A DNA stretch of 64,000 nucleotides from Nitrospirales bacterium. GTDB taxonomy: Bacteria > Nitrospirota > Nitrospiria > Nitrospirales > UBA8639. The position numbers were made by a program, and so were the translations under genes. The stretch is taken from the NCBI GenBank assembly GCA_965203295.1, contig CBDBCZ010000011.1:480001-544000 (forward strand), in the 5' to 3' direction. The stretch's first letter is position 1, and every line of letters begins with the position of its first letter. Shown in pieces: positions 30,559-52,042 of this stretch. The notes under the pieces are model-generated. The model worked only from the letters and a program-made list of their open reading frames with translations. It did no database searches and was not told the origin of the DNA.

Positions 30559-33500
30559 ATGGAGGTTGATTATGGACGGGAGAGCGTCCCAGAGCGGGTA
30601 GAGGGCAGAGGGGTCGACCCTTATTCGTTCTATGTGGTGAGAGTTCCAGAGAATGTCTTCTCCACTGATCCGGAAGAGACTCTGAGAGTGAGATACTTGC
30701 ATGTGGCATGTATTCTTTGTTTATACAAGGGGTAGGCACTTACATACCGCCTGTAGAATCGTTTTCGAACTGGATCAAGAAATGTGATTGGCGAAAATCA
30801 TATTTGATCTCCTGATCGTTATCTTGATCACTTGATTTTTGAGTGTTTTGTATCCCTACCTCCTAAAAATGATCGTTGATCCATTGATTTTGTAGCTTGG
30901 ATGGCATCCTAAACCCTTGATCGTCTCCTAATAACTACTGTAATCGCTTGATTCCATTTTGATCCCGTGCGCAAAACGTTTCTACAAGCGACGCATAAGT
31001 GACTTGTTATTAGGACCAGCTGCTCACAAATTATGAGCTCAGTATGCCTGTGGCCTATAGCTACGAGGCTGACATATGTATACAAGAGTCCACGTCCACA
31101 TGGGGCCTGTTCAACTGTTAAGAGGAATGACCAGGCAATATCTATATGACTGCCAAGGCACACAGTCAGAATTACGTGTAATACATGTAGGAGTGGTAAG
31201 AACTATCCATGAGACTGTCTGGGCCAGAGCGAAACTTGCACTGGGAGAGAGTCATCTTAGCACCCTTTAAGAGAAGTATGAGTCAGCTGTGTGGCTGAAT
31301 ACCTACGTAATACTGAGTTCCTCTGATGTGTGTGGCAGGAGTCATGAAACTGCGCATGCTGCATTGTATGGAGTTCCATGATTCCCTTGATGTAATTCTT
31401 CATCCTGTTAGTCTTGACTATAGCGTCCTGTGTGTAGTCTATGCGACAGGATGCGTTACCTCAGCTCATACCTACATCTTGTGCTTTGTCATCACTATGG
31501 GATTGAGATTTAAATAGCCTAGCACGAATAGGCCCCTGAGTATAGCCTCGTTCCCAGGTCCGCGCCATTTTCGGTTACACGAAAGCTTTTCTTCGTGCAA
31601 TCGAAAAAGTCGCAGGCCTGGGAACGAGGCTATACCCTAAGTATAGCTGCCTAGGAATGTGAAGCTTTGAACATGAATGATTCTTCTTCCCTGTTTTTGC
31701 TGTGTGCAATGGGCCCGGTGACAAGACCACTTTTGTACATTGCCAGTTCTGTGTTTGAGTGAGAGTGTGTCTATTCATCAGTCTATTTGATGAAGCCATT
31801 TCAGTTCTGTATAGCATACATGAAACAACCTGAGAATTTGATTGCTGTACACGATATACCGTAGGCCAGGTATTGATTGTGTAATAAGAAACATTGCATT
31901 TCTGGGCTTTGAAGGCAAAATACATATTCAATAACTGCGTATGCATATTGCATATTACATTTAATGCATTCTAATTTTTGCTTATTCAAAACAAACTCAC
32001 AATTCACAATATTAAATTTTCGCCATCAAAACTCACCCTACTTCAATACCATTTTCATTATAATTCGCCATCAAAACCCACCCTACTGTACTTCTCCTGC
32101 TCCTATACATGCACGTACACACAGCCCGAGTTTGAGGCCGTGTTTCGGATGTACGGTGAGGACGTTAAGTTCACCTATCTGAGGAGCTTTGGCCGGGTGC
32201 GGGTGAGCTACCCCTCCTCTGAGCAGGCCTCCATGGCCCAGGAGAACCTCAACCACCGGGAGTTCAGAGGCAGCAACCTCAAAGTCTGCTCCATCAAGGT
32301 ATACATACATACACAGTACTAATAGTTTCATTCTAATCTATAATCCAGGCCTTACCCAGATTTCTCGTAATCTTGTCTAAGATTTTTCTCCGAGGTTGTT
32401 AGATGAAAACTGGGCCAGTAAAGCCTGGATTAGATGAAGTTATAGCCTTGTATGACAGTTTACGCCTGAGAATCACTGTATACTAAGACTTCTATAATAA
32501 GTGGACATGTACATGTACATCCCAGGTTGTGGTCCCATGTATATACCCACAGATCTTGATTTCTATTTCATCAGTATAGTAGGAATGACAATACTAGTGC
32601 ATTTGACTCTCACCATGCACCCTTTATGCACATGCATAGCTGGTTGTTTTATACCAGTGGATGTTGTGCTGCAAGAGTATCATTGTCAGCCACAATCAGT
32701 CACGACTAATCACTTCAATGGATTACCTATCTTATCTGTGTGATAGTTCACTTAATACATGTACATGCAATTCTACGCGGGGTTAATTCCAAACCATGCA
32801 TCGGCGTCGACAGCATACACAGCTGTACTCCCTTTGGACTGTACCTGTATACTGTGTGATCTTGGAGTTTAAAAACCTAACCCTATACCGGTAGTCCCAC
32901 ACCACAGTATATAGTGCAAGCCTGTAATCTGTTACGAAAATATGTATACACTTTAACTGAAATATCTGGCTTGCAGCATGTTCTCTGCTATCCAGTTAGA
33001 GTAGTCATGAGGTCACATTATAGAACTACACGTCCAACATTACTTATATATTATTGAGCAAGTGCAAAAGGGATATAATATATATATATATATATTTTTG
33101 CCATTCCTAGGTGATTGCTAAGTTTATTGGGGCAAATAAACCAGCTACAAGCACGCTCACTGAAGCGAAGCTTGTACTGTGGTTAGGGAATATGCAGATA
33201 CAGCTGAGTCAGCACAGAAGCCAAGTTGTACCACTGCAGGCCGGCTCAACCACTTAGCAAAATCTAACTATAACACGCTCAGTCGGGATATTGCTGATTT
33301 ATAAGCACGAGGCCGAAAGTGAAGCACGACGGCTGAGTGCTATAATCAACAACATCCCTCCTGGGCGTGTTATAACTAAAACATTAGCATATCAAGCTGC
33401 TTTGTATTACTTCATTGTCCTTGCGTGTCAAGTTACATGATATGCATGTAGACTAAATGTACAATATAGTAAAATGAGACAATATCGTGCATTGTAAATA

Positions 33501-35872
33501 AGTGAATGAGTGTTAGCTTTTTTCTTGTACAAAAATTATGGAATGGATATGACTATATATATCAGGCATGGTACTTCTATAGGCAATTATAAGTATCACT
33601 ATATAGAGTCTGTAGTTATTAGGTGAGAGCCATACAACATGCCACTGCGGTAAGTGATGCAGACAGCAGTTTGTTTACTGTACATAGATTTCTAAAAGCT
33701 CAACACGTGTGTCTCCATACTCAACTACAGCATTACCGTCACAAATCCGCACTTCTATGTCATCAGTAGTGGGTGCAGATACCTCTACCATGAACCATGG
33801 AGGCGAGTTGAAGGAACAACACATAGTGGCTTCCCCACACCCCTGCCCATCCCAGAGTGGATCGCTGCTGTACAGAGTAGTTGTATCAGTATCATAAGTC
33901 TCAGTTCCCGATTCGCAGAAATAGTTATTCCCAACAAAGCTTGGAGGAAGATACGCTGCAGGGTTGGGATTGGCACATGGACACACCTGAAATGAATCCT
34001 GTGTTAAGTATCCCTCACGTAAACCAGAAGCAAAACTCCAAATGTGCTGGCGGGGCTCTTGCCCATGTGTTATACTGATTCCATCAACATAGTAGGGAGT
34101 GTCAGCAGTAACATCTGAACTAGCTGAGAATGCCGTTGTTTGACCAAACTGGTAGCCTCTAGCCCTTCCGCATACTTTTTGGTATTCAGTTCCCTGAGAG
34201 CTGTAAGTCACGGAAGCGCTTTGTGACAATGAAGCTGGCCTTCCACAAAGTCTCAGTGATGTAGTGTACTCCATCCAACCATCTGGACACTCATGTGAGG
34301 GGAGACCCATGTTTAGGTAGACGATCCGTGTCCATCCTGGCCCCCCACATGCTGACATGTTCGTTTCTTCCTCCTGAATTGACTGTGGAATAGTTTCTTC
34401 TATGGTGGGTAGTATGGAGTCAAGCAGAGAGTCCAGTTCTTCCTCAAACTGACTCATTGCCATTTTCAGCTGTTCTTCAGTGGGGCAACCCTGGCCTTCT
34501 CCAAAGATGACCTTGGCAGGGTGTGAGAGAGGGGCAGTTGCATTTTGCTCCTCAGAGACAGCAAAGTTGACTTGCAGAGCAACAGCAGATAGAGCCACTG
34601 CAAACAGAACAACTTGATTCATTGTCTTCCTTATAACTGACTTGATGGTTTAACTAATCCAGTAGCTACCCTTTCTCATATATACACGTACATACTATAC
34701 ACTCGGCACACTTAAACCTTTTTTATATATCTTAGATCTATGAATCTAGGTGTTTGTGTGCAGCAGGATTAGTTAGTGGGAGAGCAACTTCCTCATCAGT
34801 TTCCCATGGTTCACGACTGGGCTGATTTGCGATGCTTGTTCATATGTATTATAGCACTGTATGTTGACATACATGTTTACGGTAATAATCAGTAATAGCT
34901 CAGTAGACTGGTATGTTTCCTTGTGGAGGAAATACTTAAACCCGTTCAGGCTGATAAGTCTTACACACTACATTGCATGAGCATTATGTGTATATGTCTT
35001 TACCTGCATATGCACACACTCCTGAATGTAGCCCTTCACCCTAGGTAGCCAGACTCTCGGGCTCCCCAAGCTTTCGAAGCAGTTCCTCATCTCTCCCCCG
35101 GCCTCTCCTCCCATCGGGTGGGAGCAATCAGACGAGGCGTCTCCTTGTGTGGACTTCTCACTGGTCACCGCACTTGCCAGCTTGCATCTGCCAGGTAGGT
35201 AGACTGAGGCTAAAGCTAGGACTAGGATAGAACAGCTAGGGCTAAAATTTCATAGTCACATGTGAGACATTAAGTGCTCAATACTTTCCAGTCCTCCATC
35301 CATGCTTTAGTCTACCAGTTATTACATGTAAGCCTAGCTTCTGCAATACATATACTGGATAGAATATATATAGGCACACTGGGGCCAAGCAGTTACTATC
35401 TAACAGATACTCTTTTATACACCCAGTTTAGGGACAACTTGAAGGAGCATACATATATACTATGGGCATGCATGAGAATATCTGATTGATACTAGAATAT
35501 AGTCAGGAACATATTAAGCCTAACAAGTTTCTGTATGTGTTTGGTACTTAGACAGCTTAGAGCTCAGGGCAACTTGATGCAAACAAATCTGTAATCTAGT
35601 TAATTTTGTGGTCTGTTCAAATAATATTTGATTCAAACAGTACCGCAGTCTAATTCATTTTTGCTGTCTGTTCACGTAATGTAGGGGACTCTCAGGAGCT
35701 GCATGAGGGCACAGCAACCACTCCTAGCATCGTGGTGGTGAGCCCGGAGGATTTGGAGATGGACACCACTCCCTCCATCCTAAGAGAGAGGGACGCTGAG
35801 CTTCCCGCTATCAGCCTGGCTTCACTGCCACCAGAACTCAGGCATACTGCACGGCCACCCAGTACACAATAG
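30559..35872 (+). CDS. RCAN: Calcipressin / regulator of calcineurin
   Basis: Exons 30559-30687, 32125-32298 (RRM: FEAVFRMY..FTYLRSFGRVRV), 35032-35194 (KQFLISPPASPPIGW), 35685-35872 (ELH..TPSIVV..TARPP*). All hallmark RCAN motifs are present. Confidence 0.93.
33675..34622 (-). CDS. Intronless secreted Cys-rich protein (315 aa) of a sponge-expanded uncharacterised family, nested in RCAN intron 2
   Basis: Long ORF with a signal-like N-terminus and motifs GWTRIVYLNM, KVCGRARGYQ, YVDGISITHG..RQHIWSF, PSFVGNNYFCESG, DPLWDGQGC, TTDDIEVRIC. Confidence 0.9.
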   Translation of the reverse strand: MNQVVLFAVALSAVALQVNFAVSEEQNATAPLSHPAKVIFGEGQGCPTEEQLKMAMSQFEEELDSLLDSILPTIEETIPQSIQEEETNMSACGGPGWTRIVYLNMGLPSHECPDGWMEYTTSLRLCGRPASLSQSASVTYSSQGTEYQKVCGRARGYQFGQTTAFSASSDVTADTPYYVDGISITHGQEPRQHIWSFASGLREGYLTQDSFQVCPCANPNPAAYLPPSFVGNNYFCESGTETYDTDTTTLYSSDPLWDGQGCGEATMCCSFNSPPWFMVEVSAPTTDDIEVRICDGNAVVEYGDTRVELLEIYVQ

Positions 35873-36858
35873 CCACAATTTGCAGTTGGTGCTTTGTATG
35901 TATGTATGTGTGTACATGATTATTATCAGACTTCATCATAGCTACTCTCACTGGCCAGACTTAAGAATCTTTCGAATATGGACTGAGCCTATAAGCAACA
36001 GGCAGGCAAACATGCTTACAAGCCAGGGTGAATGTACCATTCCACTTTATGCGTATTGTATAATTAGCTTATACCATGCAGTGAATGTTGTGCATGAAGT
36101 GCAAAGCCCAGCCACTTGGCCATAATGGGTATGTAGATTCAATTCATCTGCTCTGATTATTGACTGTGAACATAAATTGCAAATCCTCTGAGTTACGTAA
36201 TTCATATAGTTACGAATATGGGTGACACCCTATATTGGTTATCATAAGAGCTATAGATAAATGTATCATGATCAGCATCAGCTGTTCACTGCACACAATA
36301 TAGCATGCAGCTAATGTGCATGCAGTCTATTGTAATAATTTACGTACAGACAGCATTACATAGAGTCGAGACTTGCAACTGGGTACTTAAAAATAATACT
36401 ATAGCTACTGCTGGCTGCATTCTTTTTTTATGATGATCTTAGTTGTTTTTTTTTTCTATCTATATACGTTAACATAATATTATGCCAGTGGTAAAAGCAA
36501 TAATCATATCAGCCTCATTCCCAGTAGATCTAGTTCCGCCTGGTTGTGTAATTATTATGATGGTGCTTCATCAAAAAGAAAATGCATGATCCATAACACT
36601 GGGAGTGAAGCCACGAGGGACAATGATATCAAACACAGCAAAACATACATACGTAACTCTTATATTGTTGCAGTGCTATAACTATAAAAGTAAGTGTGCA
36701 TAACCATAGTTATAATGATTGTACATGTGTGCATGAATGATCAAGTTGATTCAGTGACAGTCTTTGCATGCCCATAATAAAGAACCCACATGAATTGGAT
36801 ACTGGGAAAAAGACAGGTTAGGGAGGTATAAAATTAATGTACATGATGCAACTGTCAA

Positions 36859-37807
36859 TTATTGCACGTATATTTCCAAAAGCTCAACACGTGTGTCTCC
36901 ATACTGAACTCCACCACCGTTACAAATCCGTATTTCTATGTCATCAGTAGTGGGTGTAGGTAGTTCTACAGTGAACCATGGAGGCGAGTTGAAGGAACAA
37001 CACATAGTGGCTCCCCCACACCCCTGCCCATCCCAGAGTGGATCGCTGCCGTACAGAGTATGTGTACTAGTATCATAAGTTTCTGTTCCTGATTCGCAGA
37101 AGTAGTTATTCCCGACAAAGCTTGGAGGAGTATACGCTGCAGGGTTGGGATTGGCACATGGACACACTTGACTAGAATCAAGTGTTGAGTATCCCTCTTG
37201 TAAGCCAGAAGCAAAGCTCCAAATGTGCCGGCGGGGATCTTGCCCATGTGTTATACTGATTCCATTAACGTAGTAGGGAGTGTCAGCAGTAACATTCGAA
37301 CTAGTTGAAAATGCCGTTGTTTGACCAAACTGGTAACCTCTAGCCCTTCCGCATACGTTTTGGTATTCAATTCCCTGAGAGCTGTAAGTCGCTGAAGCAC
37401 TCTGGGATCCTCCAGTTGGCCTTCCACAAAGTCTCAGTGACGTAGTATAGCTACTCCATCCAGCCACATGGACATTCATGTAAGGAGAGGCCCATGTTCA
37501 GATAGACGATCGGAGTCCATCCTGGCCCCCCACAGGCTGACATCTCTGGTTCTTCCTCTAGAGTTGACTGTGGAACAATTTCTTTGATGGTGGGTAGAAT
37601 AGAGTCAAGTAGAGAGTCCAGTTATTCTCCAAACTGACTCATTGCCACTTCCAGCTGTTCTTCAGTGGGGCAACCCTGGCCTTCTCCAAAGATGACCTTG
37701 GCAGGGTGTGAGAGAGGGGCAGTTGCATTTTACTCCTCAGAGGCAGCAAAGTTGACTTGCAGAGCAACAGCAGGTAGAGCCACAGCAAAGAAAATGATTC
37801 GATTCAT
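36859..37807 (-). pseudogene. Disabled paralog of the 33675-34622 gene
   Basis: Colinear with the intact copy but has in-frame TAA codons at about 37730 and 37623 and indels at about 37450-37490. Only the C-terminal part is open. Confidence 0.85.
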
Positions 37808-38856
37808 TTCCTAAACTTCAACAGCTGGAGTTAATGTATTATAACTAAGGCACTACCAATCTGATAGCTATAACCACCCTCACTGGTAAAATATATAGCT
37901 ACACTACATACGCACTATATTATAGCTACGTCCATGACATATTACAGCATTGCTACGTATAGCTAATGGTGCATGTTTGTGCAGTGGGATTACTTAGTGG
38001 GTGGGCGATTTCCTCATCAGATTTTGATTGCTCATGATCAAAGCTTCTCTGTGATGAGTTAGAAGCACAAACACTAATGGTTCACTTGATTGGTATGTGT
38101 TTCCTCATGGAGGGATTGCATAAACATTTCCAACCTTATAGTACATGTATGTATGGCACTGACTGAATTATAACCCTGGGGGCAAGTCTGTTATCTAGCT
38201 AATGGAAGGATAATAAATAAATAAATAAATAAGTTACAGAAAAAGCACTTTCCAAAAAAGTGCAAAAAGCAGTCATATAGGGATGCACTTCCATCAAAAA
38301 CATTTCCCCGAAAACCGACGAAACAAGCAACAATGCACACCAGAAGGCATTCACAGACTACCCACATATAGTCATAAAGGTATGCAGGTGAAAACCACTA
38401 TGAGCAGACGCCCCCCCTCCCCCAAAGTCCGACTTTAGCTTACTGAAACAAACAAACAAAAGAAATTAACATTAACACCACAGCATGCATATAGCTAGCT
38501 ACAACGGTGATATTAGCTCGACTGTTGGAATGATCCCTCAAAATTGGAGTATCCTCCATTTTGGTACAAGCTGTGCTACACTCCAGTCTATGCAGGCATG
38601 CCAGGGTAGTTGCGTGTTGATCAGCTGTTACAGTGAAGGCCTAATGTGAATGGTGAAATAGTAAATCACAGCCTGCATAGACTGGCGGTAGGTATCGCGG
38701 TCTTACCGCATGTATCGTACGTACACGTCAACGCGTAGTGCTCTAATTACGAGGATATCCCTTATAATTAAATGTTTCTCTCGGTCACATGACAGGCGTG
38801 GTAGCATGCAAGTCACTGACTAGCCCAAAAACGCACAAGAAAACTGAACACACAAG

Positions 38857-46202
<7,346 letters not shown>

Positions 46203-47329
46203 CATTGTTCAGATATTACTGTGTCCATCATTCGTCTTTTTTAGGGAAAATTCCACCACAGTACTGAATATCACGCATGCAATTACAGACACAAACATAC
46301 CTTTATTGCTTAACATTAATAATTAAGAAGAGGACATATTGAATGTATAGGGATTGTTTTGGGTCACTCTTAACGCTGTTGTCATGGTTGCTTTCTCATT
46401 CATTCACGTGTACATTTGATTGATATTTATTTATGTGTATTGCTGGACTTAAGTGGTACTGTTTAGTGCGGGAGCATCGATGTCATAAGTGGGTAAACTC
46501 TAAATTGACATTTATCCATCAAAGTATAGGTGTGATCGACAAAGCTGAAACAACTGCGCACGCACTTTGCGTGCATCAGAGACCCGCGATATACATGTAC
46601 GCGCATGCGCACTCGTGAAAAACGTAGCCAGCCTCTCGATATGGCAATATACTCATCCATGCTCCAACTTGCCTAACCCAAACCGTACGCGTCTTCCTGC
46701 AATACGTATAGCCACTCCGTTTAATCATATATTTTCTATGTTTTAGCCATAGATAAATTTAACGGACTTCCTCACCGACGCGACGTCGACCCGTACCCAC
46801 GGACGCGCGTACAAAGTCACGCGTAAGGAATTAAAAATGAATTAGAGGGGCCGCGGCGTATATATAGCTTGCGCATGCTGCGCCCAGCGGCACAGATCGA
46901 GTTGGTGTGAACGTACGGCAGGCTATATGTCCGGCTAGGTGAGTTGCTATTATTTTTTTACAGCTATATGAGACCCATACCAGTATAATTTCTCATTAAT
47001 AGCGGCAGCCCAAGTCAGAATTCTCTGTTATTTTTTTTGAGTACATGTACATATTAGTTAACAATTATGGACAAGCAAGAGAAAAAATGGGTCTACATGC
47101 ATGTATGCCAATTGTAACTAGCCCTATGCGTGGCTGTATCAAAGGCACTGGTATACTGCTGCTACTGTATTATCTATGTATAGACTCAAGTTGACAGAGA
47201 GACAGCTGCTAAACTTGCATTATATCACATTACATCATCCACAATAAAAATGATTGGCTAAAAAGTATGGGCTACATGTACATGGTTTCACAACCCACAG
47301 TTTGCTACGTTCCTACACAGTGAAGATTT

Positions 47330-47751
47330 TAGGCCACTCCAAATTATACTTTAGTTTCCCCCGTCCCCCTAAATGCTATAAAAACAAGCGGGACGGGTGG
47401 TTTGTTTTCATTATCCATTATTCTAACTGGGTGTTTAAATGGTAGCAGAAAATTAGTCTGGAGGAGTACAAGGTGCATAAAACAGCAGCCTTACTGCACG
47501 AGGCACGCACAAGTGCAGCCCGATCGACACAAGACGAAAAAGTACAGTAGCACATTTATAATATTATTATAAAGCTTAATGTTTACGTGTTACTATAGTA
47601 GCTGATCGAAATAATTTACTAAATCTGATTGGTTAGCTAGTCATGATTACTAATGACCTCTGCTAGACCTCCCCAAGTTTTGCGTGGAGGAGGGTCTAGC
47701 CTAAAAAAATAGCGGTGGACGGGAAACTGAAGTGTAATTTGGAGTGGTCTT
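47330..47751. mobile_element. TIR element of about 420 bp
   Basis: ccactccaaattatactttagtttccc..cgtcc / ggacgggaaactgaagtgtaatttggagtgg inverted ends. Confidence 0.6.
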
Positions 47752-48329
47752 ACGCATGCACAATGTGCTATAAGTGAGCTAGACTGCAACCACTTGTGTT
47801 ATGTACTATAACCCGCTTGTTTGCATTTATTCAGGACCTCGGCTTTGCCTCGGGATAAGCATAACCCACTCTTGGGTGTAGTGTATCCTAAACATATGGT
47901 CATATAGCCTTGCAACATTATATTACACAGTGTAATACACCACATATTGCATGTTGCTATATGTTTGGACCAGTCAAGTTTATGCTGATTTAGCAACAGT
48001 AGTTCCTCTGTCAACGTATAGGCAATTATTAGCCCTTTCACCGGTATAGGCCACTTTACGGCCCAATGAAACGAAAGAAAGTCCATATATATATAATTAT
48101 ATGCAAGCTCTCATGATGTATATATTTGGGAACACACTCTGGTTGTTTGATAGCAGCCGTACATGTATAATTCCCACTCATTTTTTAGGCTTAGACTCTA
48201 ACTATAAATTAACTTTATCATGCATATATACATTCACCAGTACCATTTGCATGCCAGTAGCATGTTGACTGATTATGTGCATATTTATTCTTCTATAGGT
48301 ACATATGCACAACAGCCCTTGGATTCAAA

Positions 48330-48875
48330 ATGCATTTACCTAAGTTGCATGCCTCTATGATTGCCATTGGTGCAATTATCTGCACTATAAGTCTCGGCAC
48401 ACCATGGTGGGGCTTGGTGTCTAAATTTCCCGAGAAAGACGTGCACTTTGGACTGTGGTGGGTCTGTTTCAGCGATGTATATGAGACTAGTTGCGTAGAG
48501 ACTGCAAGATTTTTTCATGATGACACGTGGCTTAATGCTGTCAGGGCATTGGTGATTTTTTCAGTATTGCTGTCACTGGCAACTCTTCCACTGGCTGTTG
48601 TGTCCACTGTCAAGAGCAGTTTGTTCTTCTCCACTGATGCTGCCCTCCTGGCCCTTGCTCAAACTATAGCAATGCTGATTGGACTGGCCGTTTTTACTGG
48701 GGAAATCCCTAAATTACATCACGTTGGCACTACCTCAGTTGGCTGGTCCTATGGCATTGGATGGTTTGGCGTTGGTTTCTACATCACGGGAACAGTATGC
48801 CTCGTCATTCAAACCATCATGCTAAAGCGTCGAAAGCTATATGAAAACATCCACCAGTTTGACATAAAGCACTAA
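48330..48875 (+). CDS. Claudin/PMP22/EMP-family tetraspan protein, copy 1 (181 aa)
   Basis: Four hydrophobic segments, TPWW..HFGLWWVC..C (W-GLW-C-C) and GWSYGIGW before TM4. Single coding exon. Confidence 0.9.
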   Translation: MHLPKLHASMIAIGAIICTISLGTPWWGLVSKFPEKDVHFGLWWVCFSDVYETSCVETARFFHDDTWLNAVRALVIFSVLLSLATLPLAVVSTVKSSLFFSTDAALLALAQTIAMLIGLAVFTGEIPKLHHVGTTSVGWSYGIGWFGVGFYITGTVCLVIQTIMLKRRKLYENIHQFDIKH

Positions 48876-49989
48876 GTGCTGTCTGTCCGTGATGGCAGCT
48901 ACATTCTTCATTTGTATTTTTTTCTTCGTATAGTTGTGTTTTATCTAGTCATTAGACACCAGATATTAAGTATTAATGTGCTCTAGCTTGTCTGAGAAAA
49001 AGTAAAGGCATTCATATACCCTACATGATTACAACTATGTACATGTAATTAATTTTGATGATAAAGCACAACTATCAACATGTATAAGTGAGTGACTGTA
49101 TACATGGTATTTGATATGATAATATAATTTTTATATATACAACTGTATAGTATATAGTTGGGTGAAGGCTAATAGGCTATACATGTATATGAGTGACAAA
49201 ACAGCTGCTTACGGAAGTCCAGTGGACCAGTGGTACCCTCTAAATATAGTGACTGCATTCTAATCATGATTGAGTTTATAGCTATAGCTACCAATGTTTC
49301 AAATAATATACATGTACCCCATGCATTTGCCAAACTAAAGATTGCGCCAGACATCCTTATATACTAAAGTATATAGTGTACATATGTACTGGTATTTAAT
49401 TAAGTCGTATAGTTGAAGGCAAATGTAGCTAGGTATACACACCTCCCCCCCTTTTTTTGTTATCACCACAAGTCCTAATGCAACATGAGGGGTGACATAA
49501 TTATTAAATCCCATTATTGCCTCAGCATATTACAGCTATGCTGCACAATTATTTGGTACACCAAAATATATGCACATGCATGTACATTGCAAACTCTTCA
49601 AGAGATGATAAGCTTTTCTGAGGGAGTAAAGAAATCCCGAAAAAATAAATAAATAAATAAATGGGACGCAGCTGGAGATTGAACCCAGGACCTTCTGAAT
49701 ACTAGCTATAGTCAGATGCTCTTACCAATTGAGCTACTGGAGCCCCTTGGCAGAGGAGCAGTAGGCAAGGTTTATATTGCCACTAAACCAGCTAGTAGCT
49801 AGCATTGCCAGTATAGGACCCGGCCAATTCCAACTGTACTTACTCTCTCCTTAGGCCTCTCCCCCCATCTCCTAAACATGATAAACGTGCAATGTACACT
49901 ACTGTTGATCAAAGTTCAATGCACTTCAGCAGAGAGCACTGACCCTTTCAGCCTCCTCCTCTTGAATTGGATGCTGGAGGAACGTATAG

Positions 49990-50045
<56 letters not shown>

Positions 50046-51912
50046 ATGAGTTCATTACTCATTATTGTTTGGTTGGTGAATGGCTGCCTTGGTAAATGAC
50101 AGCAGTGTTGCTTCTGCAGTAACTACAGAAATTTCAGTACACAACTGTTGAAGGGAGATTCTTGGTTGGCTAGTAGTCATCTTGAGATATACATATCCTT
50201 GTTCCAACCCGCAACAGTTGTTTCAAAGAATTTTCATCAAACTGTTTGATGCGGGTTGGAACAAGGATACGTATAATTCAGCACAGAGCTTTCCCTTATA
50301 TGATACATAAAAACACCTATTACCGTAATTTTCAAATTATTCATTGCATGAGTTAAATTCTCTCACATATGTGTGAGCGACCTGCGCTACATTCCCAAGC
50401 AGAGAAACAGGTGGGAAAATCCCATATGGAGGACTAGTTATTGACATGAGTGGCCTTGTATTCAGGGTCTCAATGTGTAGCCAGTGTATGGTCCGACCCA
50501 ATATTGCAGCCTCTGCCTCTGGCTGTAGCTGCCTCTTCTTCATAGACTTATATACATACTAGACTAAGTGTTGTTTTAGTTTACTGAAACTAAAAACAAA
50601 GAGTGTTTTAGTAGGAGCAAACTATAACTAACTGAAACTAGAACTTCAAGGGCACTGGCCTCTGGAAATCTACTACAACTAATCTAATTTTTATTCACCA
50701 AACTGTTAATTTAGTTATATGGTTAACTGAAACCAAAACGATATCTTGTTCTTCATTAGTTTTATATGAAAACTAAATCTACTATATACATCGGAGTAGC
50801 ACACATACACTCAGATAGTGATCACAGCTTTGCCCCTGGGGGTGAGGGGGAACCAGGTGTACACAAAACCATACTACTTGTACTAGACTTAGAATTGCAC
50901 ACTCTCACCTTCGGTGGGTGCTTCTTTGGGAGGGTTGACACCCACGTCTTGATTGATAGAGATCACAGCAGTAACACCTGCCTGTTTGGCAGTGACTGTG
51001 TGAACAGCAGGAATGACATCTGCTTCACCGCACTGTGAAAAAACAATCGAAAAAAGAGCGGGAAACTCTCACATGAATTACCTTCTCTTTGAGGCCAAGG
51101 CAATGCATGCACTAGTGCAGTTGCTACTCTGGGAGCTGTGGGGGGTATTGGGAGCCTTCCTTCAGCTGAGCCCTACACAATGGCAAGGAATAGCTACTGT
51201 TGTCATGCATGGGGTGGGAATTGAAACGCAAAACAGAAATCTTCCAAACAGAAGCCCTGCCACCTGTGCAAAAAAGAATCCCCGTCCCCCTCCTAAAGTA
51301 TGTATGTAGTCATACACAGGCAGTTTGTTGTAACATTCCATATACATCTTGAAAGATCACTACCATTACTTCTATTTCGGTATGCAAAATCTTCCCAAAC
51401 TGAGCAGAATGTGTACATGTATACCTTCTTTCAAGGTGGTTCACAAATGTACAGGTATCTTCTCACCTTCATGCAATCTGTAGTGTGGTTCAACACCCTT
51501 GTGGCATTGGAGATACATGTGTAACTTCTAGAACACTATTGACTGAAGTGTAGCCAACGAACTCTGAATCAATACACAATACATGATTCCGTATTATACT
51601 ATTGAAAAAGGGTGTGGTATCGTGTGGGTGATATATAAAAGAGCACAAAGAAACAGAAGACTGGACCAGTTCTATAGGCTAAAGGAAAAAGAAGTTCTAT
51701 ACAGCAAAAGGCTAATATACAGGTGACAGTAAAACATACACCAATACATCAAAAAGACTCATTCAGTGTGAAAAAACATATATATACATACACAGACAAC
51801 AATGTGAAACAGGTGCACACTCAAAAGTGGGTGTATGCATCACTATAGTAAAATTCTATTCAGTACAAAACACATCAAAAGGCCTAGAGGCCTTTTGGTG
51901 TGTTTTGTATTG

Positions 51913-52042
51913 ATGCCAACTGATTGTGCCTTCAGTATGTTTAGTATGTGAATCATTATTCCATATTATGTATGAGCTATTATGCATAATATGGAATAAT
52001 GATTCACATACTAAACATACTGAAGGCACAATCAGTTGGCAT
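51913..52042. other. Perfect 58-bp inverted repeat with a 14-nt spacer
   Basis: Arms 51913-51970 and 51985-52042 are exact reverse complements by inspection. Confidence 0.9.
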
